In this document: one piece after another, positions 8,801 through 16,016 of the stretch
Numbering within the stretch: position 1 is the stretch's first letter
Layout: every line of letters begins with the position of its first letter
IMG/VR virus record: IMGVR_UViG_3300037464_000010
Span: 1 to 64,000 of that record
Source of the DNA: a virus
Length of the DNA stretch: 64,000 nt
Reading direction: 5' to 3' (one strand)
Translations under genes and position numbers: made by a program
The notes under the pieces: model-generated
Seen by the model: only the letters and a program-made list of their open reading frames with translations
The model's database searches: none
What the model was told of the DNA's origin: nothing

Positions 8801-9358
8801 ATGGAAATTACATATGTTCCGATCGAGTTCATCATTCCTTACGCATTTAATAATCGGACGCACCCCGAGAAGCAGATAAATCATTTGGCGAATTCGATTC
8901 AAGAGTTCGGCTTCACACAACCTTTGGTGGTGGATGAAGATCACGTTCTTTTAATGGGTCACGGACGGCTTTTGGCGGCAAAAAAGCTAAACATGAGAGA
9001 GGTGCCTATTTACAAGCTTGAAGGTTTGTCTAAGACGCGAAAGGAAGCTCTTAGAGTGCTCGACAATAAGCTTTCGGACGATTCCGAATGGGATACAGCA
9101 AATTTGAAGCTTGTCATGGCTTCCTTAAAAGAGGACAGTTTTGAAGTTGAGAAATTTGGCTTGGATGACTTAGATTTCGGCGATCCTCCTGAAATTAAAG
9201 AAAAGGGAACGGAGTCTGAGTCGGTGAAGCAAGGATGGATGGCGGTAATAACGTTAAAGGTTCCCGCTGACACCATTGATCACTTTGAGCCAGATCTTGA
9301 CGATCTTTTGGGGCGATTCAATGGAATCGCAAAAGAGAAAAAAGAGAAAAATGTCTAA
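8801..9358 (+). CDS. ParB-like nuclease domain protein
   Basis: ORF track 8783..9358 trimmed to the ATG at 8801 after GGAGG. ..NNRTHPEKQINHLANSIQEFGFTQPLVV..LLMGHGRLLAAKKL matches the ParB N-terminal (GxxRxxA) domain. Confidence 0.7.
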   Translation: MEITYVPIEFIIPYAFNNRTHPEKQINHLANSIQEFGFTQPLVVDEDHVLLMGHGRLLAAKKLNMREVPIYKLEGLSKTRKEALRVLDNKLSDDSEWDTANLKLVMASLKEDSFEVEKFGLDDLDFGDPPEIKEKGTESESVKQGWMAVITLKVPADTIDHFEPDLDDLLGRFNGIAKEKKEKNV

Positions 9359-9385
9359 GAGGCAAAGTTTAAAAGGAAATGTGCT

Positions 9386-9583
9386 ATGTCGATAGTTGGT
9401 TTAATTTTAACGCTCGTTTTAATTGGAGTCTTACTTTGGGTTATAAACACCTATATCCCGATGGATCCAAAACTACGGCAGATACTTAATATTGTAGTCG
9501 TCATTTTGGTGATTATTTGGTTGCTCCAAGCTTTTGGCGCGATTAATGGTCCATTTACGACCATTTCTCCAGTCTTTAGATAA
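9386..9583 (+). CDS. small two-TM membrane protein
   Basis: ORF track; almost entirely hydrophobic (IVGLILTLVLIGVLLWVI .. IVVVILVIIWLL). Confidence 0.5.
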   Translation: MSIVGLILTLVLIGVLLWVINTYIPMDPKLRQILNIVVVILVIIWLLQAFGAINGPFTTISPVFR

Positions 9584-9732
9584 AAAAATGGGACTCAGAG
9601 GTTCCCGCGTACAATCAAAAGATTTACGGGCCGATCCTGAGTCCCACTAAAAAACCGCGATCCGGTCCGATCCGCAATCCCTGGAAAAACCGCGATCCTC
9701 TCGAATTTCAGTTTTTTACATTGGACTTTTTA

Positions 9733-9773
9733 GGGTCCAATTTCAAATTCAAATCTTAAGTTTCAAAATGGAA
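9733..9773. repeat. AT-rich TTTCAAAT-type repeat, short left copy
   Basis: GGGTCCAATTTCAAATTCAAATCTTAAGTTTCAAAATGGAA; shares both ends with the longer array at 10394..10488. Confidence 0.7.
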
Positions 9774-9774
9774 T

Positions 9775-9951
9775 TTACAAAACCATTTTGTCACTTACAA
9801 TCCGAAGCATTATATAACCTTCGGGCGTTAGTGTGAAATGTGTAACTGATTCACCGTAGTCTAAAAACTCTCCCGTACTGTCATCATAAACGACTAGCTC
9901 GTCTTCTTTGAGCATCTCATTTAATTTCAAAATTAAATCTCTTTTATCCAT
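9775..9951 (-). CDS. hypothetical protein
   Basis: ORF track 9775..9978 trimmed to the ATG at 9951 (MDKRDLILKL) after AGGAAAAG. Confidence 0.45.
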   Translation of the reverse strand: MDKRDLILKLNEMLKEDELVVYDDSTGEFLDYGESVTHFTLTPEGYIMLRIVSDKMVL

Positions 9952-10286
9952 TTCTTTTCCTCTTTTCGCGCTTTCCATGCATGTCCGAATAGAGCCATTG
10001 CTCGTAAGAATCCGCTTTTAGCGGCGTAGTCGGGAGTTTCAAAGGTGTAATTTTCACCAAAGTACGATGAGCACTTAATACAACGGAACACACCTTCAAC
10101 GCTAGTACGTTTTCCCTTTTTGGCTTGACACTTTGGACAACATTGACCGGCGTCAACTTTGCGGTAAATCACGTTGTCGATAACGATGTCGCCCGGTTTG
10201 ACGTACTGACGAAATGCTTGCTCTTTCTCTTTTTGAGCAAGTAGTTGATCGATGCGAGCTGTTAGTTTGTCGGTTTGTGTGTCCAT
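9933..10286 (-). CDS. Zn-ribbon protein
   Basis: ORF track; CCPKC ... CIKC four-Cys ribbon after an N-terminal coiled coil. Confidence 0.5.
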   Translation of the reverse strand: MDTQTDKLTARIDQLLAQKEKEQAFRQYVKPGDIVIDNVIYRKVDAGQCCPKCQAKKGKRTSVEGVFRCIKCSSYFGENYTFETPDYAAKSGFLRAMALFGHAWKARKEEKKWIKEI

Positions 10287-10303
10287 TCTTTTACCTTATC
10301 AGC

Positions 10304-10356
10304 TTTTACGTTTTTTCGCAATCATTTTTACGTTTTTTCGTAACTTTTTTTCGCAA
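10304..10356 (-). promoter_or_regulatory. A-tract/CG promoter-like motif, instance b (1.5 copies)
   Basis: Minus-strand reading TTGCGAAAAAAAGTTACGAAAAAACGTAAAAATGATTGCGAAAAAACGTAAAA, ending 18 nt upstream of the ATG at 10286. Confidence 0.45.
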
Positions 10357-10393
10357 CTCTGAGTTGCCGTGTGCGACCGCTAACCGTGGCCCC

Positions 10394-10488
10394 GAGTCCC
10401 AATTTTAAATTTCAATTTCAAATTTCAAATTTGAATTTCAAATTTGAATTTCAAATCTTGAATTCAAAATTGAAATTTCAAAATGGAA
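10394..10488. repeat. AT-rich palindromic tandem array
   Basis: Perfect palindromes TTCAAATTTGAA at 10424-10435 and 10437-10448 (13-nt period), TTGAATTCAA at 10458-10467 and TTGAAATTTCAA at 10470-10481. Confidence 0.75.
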
Positions 10489-10653
10489 CCGGAACATGAG
10501 GGTTTTTCCATATCGAAAAATACTCGAAATCGGGAAATTTAATAAAATCAGCTAGTTAGCCTCGTTTTACTAGTACCCTTTTAAAAGCCCATAATTGCCT
10601 CACAATCGCTCGTTTTTTACCCTGTACCCTCGTATAGACTCAGGGCAAATCGT

Positions 10654-10848
10654 CTAAAAATAGTATTCTTTTGTTGCATACTCATCATCCATTATAATTT
10701 CTTCGCTATAGCATCCGTATTCCGAGAGATATTCTGATTTTCGTTTGATGCGCTCAACACGCTCTACACTCAATGTGGTGTCTCGCTCCGTGACGACGTG
10801 GCCTAGGCTATCCCGTAACACGATATTGACCTTCATTCTTCTTTCCAT
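10654..10848 (-). CDS. hypothetical protein
   Basis: ORF track; no motif recognised. Confidence 0.4.
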   Translation of the reverse strand: MERRMKVNIVLRDSLGHVVTERDTTLSVERVERIKRKSEYLSEYGCYSEEIIMDDEYATKEYYF

Positions 10849-10950
10849 GCGGTATCCTTTGTTTAGTTAAACTGATCGCTACCAACGAAAAAGCGACCAA
10901 ATACGTTTTAGACGTACTTGATCGCTTTGTCCTTAAAAGCTTGTGGCGTA

Positions 10951-11532
10951 CTAGATCAGGTTTCCATTTTCATCAAAAAGATAGTCGTTTGCATCTGCGA
11001 TATCCTGAAAATATTCCTCCGAGCATGTGTACTCATACTCTCGCGCTATGCTTCGCGCTACTTCTCTTTCGCAGTCTCTGACGTGTTCTGTAAGCTTCTC
11101 GGCGTATTTATTGAGTAGCCGATCGGTGCGTTTACACGGCCTATCGTGCCCTACGTAGTCCGGCTCAATTTCTATGATCGGATCTCTATAGTTAAGATTT
11201 TGAATGCAACAGAACATGTCAGTCATTGAGTCACTATCGAGAAAGCGCTTCACGATGCGGTAAAGGTTTCTTTGATCGCGTAAACTTTCAGAGTGTTTAG
11301 CGATTAACCGATCAAAATCTAAAGAAATGCGCGAAAATGTCGCTTCTATTGGGTTGGTATCCCATGATGCGAGTTTATAGTTTTTAATCCCGCTCGTTTC
11401 CATGTCGATCCAATTTTCGGGATCGTAGTCGCGGATAGAGAAGTCAGAAGGATACGCATACATTGCGTTATGCTTCGCACGATCCGAGAGTTCCTCGAAA
11501 CGATAGGCTAGAATTTCTTTTGTGATAGGCAT
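10951..11532 (-). CDS. hypothetical protein (accessory island)
   Basis: ORF track, 193 aa; AACCTGGAA element 6 nt before the ATG; no confident family call. Confidence 0.6.
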   Translation of the reverse strand: MPITKEILAYRFEELSDRAKHNAMYAYPSDFSIRDYDPENWIDMETSGIKNYKLASWDTNPIEATFSRISLDFDRLIAKHSESLRDQRNLYRIVKRFLDSDSMTDMFCCIQNLNYRDPIIEIEPDYVGHDRPCKRTDRLLNKYAEKLTEHVRDCEREVARSIAREYEYTCSEEYFQDIADANDYLFDENGNLI

Positions 11533-11557
11533 GATGTTTCCAGGTTTATAAAAAGGT

Positions 11558-11881
11558 TTAGTTTTCGAATTCTATTTGTTCTGCAAGATCTCTGATCAAT
11601 TCATTAGCAAGGCGAGGAGAGTTTGATCGACGGTAGAGCGTACCGACTCCCCAGTATGGATGATGATAGCAACTCCCCGTGTATGAGTTATCGCCCGTCT
11701 GATAGGTCCACGAATCACAATCATCATTTATTGAGATTGTGATCTGCATTGCGGGAATGGTGTCGTCTGGATCTTCTGTTGCTCGATAATCATCACCGAT
11801 GTGAGGCTTTAAAGATTTTAAAAGACGTACAAGATCGGATCGGTTCCGTTTCCAAAATTTATTAAAATCAGCGTTTTTCAT
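11558..11881 (-). CDS. hypothetical protein (accessory island)
   Basis: ORF track 11558..11905 trimmed to the ATG at 11881 (MKNADFNKF), preceded by ACCTGGAGAAAA. Confidence 0.55.
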   Translation of the reverse strand: MKNADFNKFWKRNRSDLVRLLKSLKPHIGDDYRATEDPDDTIPAMQITISINDDCDSWTYQTGDNSYTGSCYHHPYWGVGTLYRRSNSPRLANELIRDLAEQIEFEN

Positions 11882-11951
11882 TGTTTGTTTTCTCCAGGTA
11901 AGCAAACAAAAGAGATCACGCCATTATAGATCGTGATCTCATGTTCTTGGC

Positions 11952-12170
11952 TTATGCTGGACTAGTAAGGAATCGTGCAGCCTCTAAAATGTCTTTAACG
12001 GTTCCCGTTCCTACGGAGTCGCGGTTCTCTACTTCGGAAGCATAACGACGTAAGCAGGCCACAGCATCCGCAATCAATGGATCGTATTGCTCTTTCTCAT
12101 ATGGTGCTGTTTTATTCGCTTGGCTCAGTCTAAGAATCGCTTTTAGCAAGTTGTTTTCGGTATTAATCAT
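11952..12170 (-). CDS. hypothetical protein
   Basis: ORF track; start lies 1 nt after the upstream stop with GGAGGGG just upstream. Confidence 0.45.
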   Translation of the reverse strand: MINTENNLLKAILRLSQANKTAPYEKEQYDPLIADAVACLRRYASEVENRDSVGTGTVKDILEAARFLTSPA

Positions 12171-12171
12171 T

Positions 12172-12705
12172 TTATCGCCCCTCCAGTACTAGATCAGAAA
12201 ACTTTTCAAATCCGTTTTCACGTAGCGCAAGCTTTCTAGCTTCTACCAAGATTCGAGCTTGCTCCTCTTTGGGAAAGTCAAAAAGATTCTTTCCCTCAGT
12301 TAAAATTTTCGTGTGTTTTTTAGTTGCTAGAACAACTTTGATATAATTGACGTGAGACTTTTCATATTTTCCCGTTAGCGCGTCGCCATAGTCGAAAAGA
12401 AATTTTTCAAATTGTTCGGGCTCAACGTAAGAGGTAGAGATCGACGCATGTTTAAGGTGATCCCGATCGTCATGATCGATATAAAGCACCATGAGATCGG
12501 TGTATGTGCTCTTTTTTGGTTTATTCCAGTGTTCCGGGGAGCGTTTCGGATCTGTGGTTTGACTGCAAAAACGTTGACCGTTTTTAGTTGTTTCGATCCA
12601 GCATCGAATTTTGCAGCGTAAACCCCCATATGGGTAGCTTTCGACTAAATAGGCCGTATCGGGCGACACGTGGCCAGATAAAACCGTGATGTTTCTTTTT
12701 TCCAT
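12172..12705 (-). CDS. hypothetical protein (accessory island)
   Basis: ORF track 12172..12738 trimmed to the ATG at 12705 (MEKRNITVL), preceded by AACCTGGAGAAA. Confidence 0.55.
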   Translation of the reverse strand: MEKRNITVLSGHVSPDTAYLVESYPYGGLRCKIRCWIETTKNGQRFCSQTTDPKRSPEHWNKPKKSTYTDLMVLYIDHDDRDHLKHASISTSYVEPEQFEKFLFDYGDALTGKYEKSHVNYIKVVLATKKHTKILTEGKNLFDFPKEEQARILVEARKLALRENGFEKFSDLVLEGR

Positions 12706-12781
12706 TGTTTCTCCAGGTTTATTAGGTACAGCATACAAGGGATCCGGCTCATCAGTAGCCGGATCGGGTTCTATGCTGTAA

Positions 12782-13594
12782 TTACGCTGCTTTTAGCTTT
12801 GCCATCTCTTCTGTAAGGGTCCATAAAGCTTTATTGAGTTTGATGTTCTCGGTTATGTTCTTAACTTCTTTCGAGCGTATCCTTGATCCATCTTGGCGAC
12901 GCTGCCGGACTCCACCGCGTATAACTTTTTCCTGTACTACATTGAATGTATTCCACAATGTCGGTGCTTTCTCCTCAGATCTCCAAGTCTGAAGAAGATC
13001 GCGGGGTTCTACTGCGTACTTATCGCCATCGAATCGGAGTTCTATAGCTGCTTTGGCGTATAGTCGCCTTTCTTCTTCCGTTAAGATTGTTTGCTTAAAC
13101 TCGTCAGTTAGTGCGAGAGTTTTAGGCGCATCGACTAGGATCTTATTGATAGCATCGGCGATCTTATCGTCCGTATACCCTTTATGCATAACGCGGACCT
13201 TTTCAGCTTCGCCTTTCGCTACAACTAAACCGTTCGAACATACCTTTTCGAATAGTGCAAAAAGCAGCTCAAAAGCAGCCGTACCACTATGCGAGTTAGT
13301 TAGGAGAATCTGAGGAACGGTTGATCCTACTAACATTTCGTCATTATACCGTTGATTAGTTAACCGGATCGCGTGTTTTTGGAAGCCCTTGTTTTCTGGA
13401 ATTCGTGTTCCCGCCTCATGAATGGCGACGGGAAACCATCCATGATCGGCGAAAACTTCCAGCGTTTTTGTGGTTGGGATGAACGTATAACGATCACTTA
13501 CTCTTTCGCTTGCATGTGTCTGAGACACGGATCGGAAACGAGAAAGATCGTTTATAACGGTTTCTTGTCTTTTGGTGTTGAATGAATTGATCAT
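12782..13594 (-). CDS. DUF932 family protein
   Basis: PQILLTNSHSGTAAFELLFALFEKVCSNGLVV matches the hallmark (I/V)LxNSHDGxxx(F/Y)xxxxGxFRxVCxNGL block of DUF932 proteins; size is also typical (270 aa). Confidence 0.8.
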   Translation of the reverse strand: MINSFNTKRQETVINDLSRFRSVSQTHASERVSDRYTFIPTTKTLEVFADHGWFPVAIHEAGTRIPENKGFQKHAIRLTNQRYNDEMLVGSTVPQILLTNSHSGTAAFELLFALFEKVCSNGLVVAKGEAEKVRVMHKGYTDDKIADAINKILVDAPKTLALTDEFKQTILTEEERRLYAKAAIELRFDGDKYAVEPRDLLQTWRSEEKAPTLWNTFNVVQEKVIRGGVRQRRQDGSRIRSKEVKNITENIKLNKALWTLTEEMAKLKAA

Positions 13595-13871
13595 GGTATT
13601 TCCTTATTTTTTCCAGGTTAGAGCTTAATCGCTCAAGTGATCGCCTAACGTGAGACGATCACCAAAGCTATTACGCTCGCAGCTCTCTAAAGTGTAGATA
13701 TTCGATTGCTCGCGTTAATCGGCTAATCCGCCTTGGATTCATAGCAGCGTTTTTCTTGAGGAGTAGCGAAAATTTTAAACAGTAAGTGAATGTGTCCATG
13801 TGTTGCTTCCAGGTTTTTGCCGAATAATTTCGGACAATCGATCCGACCTTGATCGGATCTGTTGTCAGTCA

Positions 13872-14180
13872 TTATCTTTTCCACTCGGTGACAGTTCTTT
13901 CTCTCGTCTCCCCGCACGTGATGCAGATAAAGTTGTTAGTAGCTAATTGTTCTTTACCCATGTAGATCGGTGTGTCGCTTGTGAAGGTCACCGCGCATAT
14001 CGTGCAACATGGTTTGTTGCTCATGAGTCGATCGTATGTCGCGAGCGTGATCGGATCGTCGTCAAAGCTGATCTCACAATCTCGGCAGGTAGGAGATCTT
14101 TCGATATTGCCTAAAGGATATTGGCATCCGGGACATAATAACTCATCGTTATCTATTTCGTTTGTTGTTGTGCTTTTCAT
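13872..14180 (-). CDS. multi-Cys Zn-ribbon protein
   Basis: ORF track; CPGC..C..C ... CCTIC ... CITC. Confidence 0.5.
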   Translation of the reverse strand: MKSTTTNEIDNDELLCPGCQYPLGNIERSPTCRDCEISFDDDPITLATYDRLMSNKPCCTICAVTFTSDTPIYMGKEQLATNNFICITCGETRERTVTEWKR

Positions 14181-14182
14181 GG

Positions 14183-14332
14183 TTAATACCCTAAAAATGA
14201 ATAGAGTTCCGAAACGGTCATACCTTCGATCGTCTCTACTGTCAGAACGTCCGATGCATCGTTTACGTTAACGAATCCCGATCCGTTACTTGTCCAGTTA
14301 TGCGCCACTAGTATCTTTGCTTTTAATTCCAT
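14183..14332 (-). CDS. hypothetical small protein (49 aa, below ORF-track cutoff)
   Basis: Hand translation MELKAKILVAHNWTSNGSGFVNVNDASDVLTVETIEGMTVSELYSFLGY. AAGGAAA RBS; its stop is 2 nt before the ATG at 14180; first gene after promoter-like motif c. Confidence 0.35.
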   Translation of the reverse strand: MELKAKILVAHNWTSNGSGFVNVNDASDVLTVETIEGMTVSELYSFLGY

Positions 14333-14396
14333 TCGGTTTCCTTGTCTCTGTCTGTCTATACTAAGTCTATCGGTTGTTAATACATTATGTAAAGAC

Positions 14397-14429
14397 TATT
14401 TTACGTTTTTTCGTATCTTTTTTTCGCAA
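14397..14429 (-). promoter_or_regulatory. A-tract/CG promoter-like motif, instance c
   Basis: Minus-strand reading TTGCGAAAAAAAGATACGAAAAAACGTAAAATA. Confidence 0.45.
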
Positions 14430-14541
14430 GATCGAGAAAGGTCAAAAACAAAAGAGTTTATAGAATGCTGGAAGTCTGACGCTAGAAACGAGCACCAGCG
14501 TTTAAAATCGTGTGTTGCCTGTGATAGAAGTATTTTCATGT

Positions 14542-14757
14542 TTAGTTACCTGTGGTTATAGAGCCGATGCAAGGTGGAGTGTAGCCAGTCCATTCTTTAG
14601 AATCGTTTGGTGTCACTACGACGGTTTCGTATGAGCCGTACGTTTTATAACTGTACGTACCTACTCGGTCGATTGATCGTGTAAATTTGCGAGCACCGCA
14701 CTTGCAACACACGCGACTACTTTTTGTACCCTCAATTAGTTTCCAGCTATGACGCAT
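14542..14757 (-). CDS. small Cys-containing protein
   Basis: ORF track; CCKCG motif; AACCTGGAGAAA element before the ATG. Confidence 0.45.
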   Translation of the reverse strand: MRHSWKLIEGTKSSRVCCKCGARKFTRSIDRVGTYSYKTYGSYETVVVTPNDSKEWTGYTPPCIGSITTGN

Positions 14758-14816
14758 AATAATTTCTCCAGGTTCAAACGTTTACCGAATGACTCGAAAG
14801 TCATCCGGTAAAAGCT

Positions 14817-15074
14817 CTACCGTCGTTTCTTAAGGTCGCGGATCGCTTTCTTGTAGTACCGCATGTCATCACACATAGACGCCACTACAGGACCATATAG
14901 CGCCACGTCCCTATCAAGATTGTAGGTGCATTTAATCAGGGTAGTTTCTACGCACTGATCGGATTCGTTATTCTTGTAGCATCCGTGTTGCGGTACCTCT
15001 GAAGTGTAAGTGTCGGTACTTCCAGCGATTGCGGTACTTGTGATGAGTAGTGCGGGGATCAGGTATCTTTTCAT
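14817..15074 (-). CDS. secreted Cys-rich small protein
   Basis: ORF track; signal-peptide-like MKRYLIPALLITSTAIAGS and 4 Cys in the mature part. Confidence 0.5.
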   Translation of the reverse strand: MKRYLIPALLITSTAIAGSTDTYTSEVPQHGCYKNNESDQCVETTLIKCTYNLDRDVALYGPVVASMCDDMRYYKKAIRDLKKRR

Positions 15075-15163
15075 GTGGTCCTTATGTTCGGTTAATCGGT
15101 GGATCGTATGTGATCCTTAACTCGGTGTAGAGTATCGGTGTAGACACTAAATGTCTATACATG

Positions 15164-15192
15164 TTTTCGCTTTTTCGTATCTTTTTTTCGCA
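15164..15192 (-). promoter_or_regulatory. A-tract/CG promoter-like motif, instance d
   Basis: Minus-strand reading TTGCGAAAAAAAGATACGAAAAAGCGAAAA, about 90 nt upstream of the ATG at 15074. Confidence 0.45.
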
Positions 15193-15582
15193 ACTATTGC
15201 AAGTACCTGAAACGAATCGAGGAACCGTGAGAAGGTAGAGGCGCGATAGCGTGTGAGTGTGGCGCGTGCAGCGTGTGTATATAATACGGTCAAGTTAGTG
15301 TGAGTGTACCTGTAACAGTGTAGTGACTGACTGACTCGGAAGCATCAGACAAGATGTAAGGCGAGCGTGTGAGACATTACGAGAAAGCGTTACGAGAAAC
15401 CGCAAGCAAGTAGCGCGTGTCAGTGCGTACGCCGTGACAAGGTGTGACCGTGTGAGTGTACCAGTCATCACACTATCTTCTTCTCTTCTCTCTTCTCCCT
15501 CTTCTCTCTTGTGCTTCTGTCCGCGTGTCTCGTCGCGTCGTCGTAGCCCGTCCGATGGCGTGACCGTCACCACAAAACGCCC

Positions 15583-15671
15583 GATCGCCACGTTCTGGTG
15601 GCGGCCGATCCAGTGCGATCGACTCGCGATCGAATCGAGATCGGATCGGGATGCGTACACCGATCGAGATC
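15583..15671. repeat. cluster of 8 GATC (Dam-type) sites in 89 bp
   Basis: GATC at 15583, 15607, 15617, 15628, 15639, 15644, 15662 and 15668; lies in a non-coding region upstream of terS. Confidence 0.8.
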
Positions 15672-16016
15672 GGCATAGGTAGGCGATTGATATCACTCGC
15701 TATTGTATCTCTCACTATTCGAAAACGTGACGCGCTCGCGGTGCGTCATGGGTATCGCGTGTCACGTCGCGTGACCGGGCTAGAAAAAAGTTGAATGATA
15801 TCAAGGGGATAGGGGGGGTCAAAATCCTGGCCACTTGCGACCCCGGAGATCCACCGGCCCCCTTCGCTCGCGAATTCGGCAGTTTTTAGATATTGAATTT
15901 TTGGCCCGATGGGGGTGGAAAATCACACGCATCTTGATTTCAATAAATTTCGGTCTCGATCTTGTGCGTTAAAACGGCCATAATAATCCTAAATAACAAG
16001 GTTTTTTTCGAAAAAG

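Noticed and set aside
10394-10488. The AT-rich repeat array as a possible CRISPR array
   Set aside because: The period is only 12-13 nt, there are no unique spacers, the units are palindromic and degenerate, and there are no cas genes.
13671-13917. Three mutually exclusive small ORFs between the DUF932 and Zn-ribbon genes: track ORF 13723..13917, a 49-aa version starting at the TAATG-coupled ATG at 13872, and a 42-aa ORF at 13671..13799 preceded by AACCTGGAAG
   Set aside because: I cannot decide between the frames from sequence alone. Each has one supporting signal (coupling versus the conserved upstream element), so none is listed as a feature.
15295-15715. Track ORFs 15295..15696 (-), 15434..15682 (+) and 15473..15715 (-) in the GC-rich region upstream of terS
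   Set aside because: The three ORFs overlap each other on both strands. Their translations are low-complexity (Arg/Ser/Thr runs). None has an RBS or a neighbouring coupled gene. Open frames here are what elevated GC and C/T tracts produce by chance, so I treat the region as non-coding.
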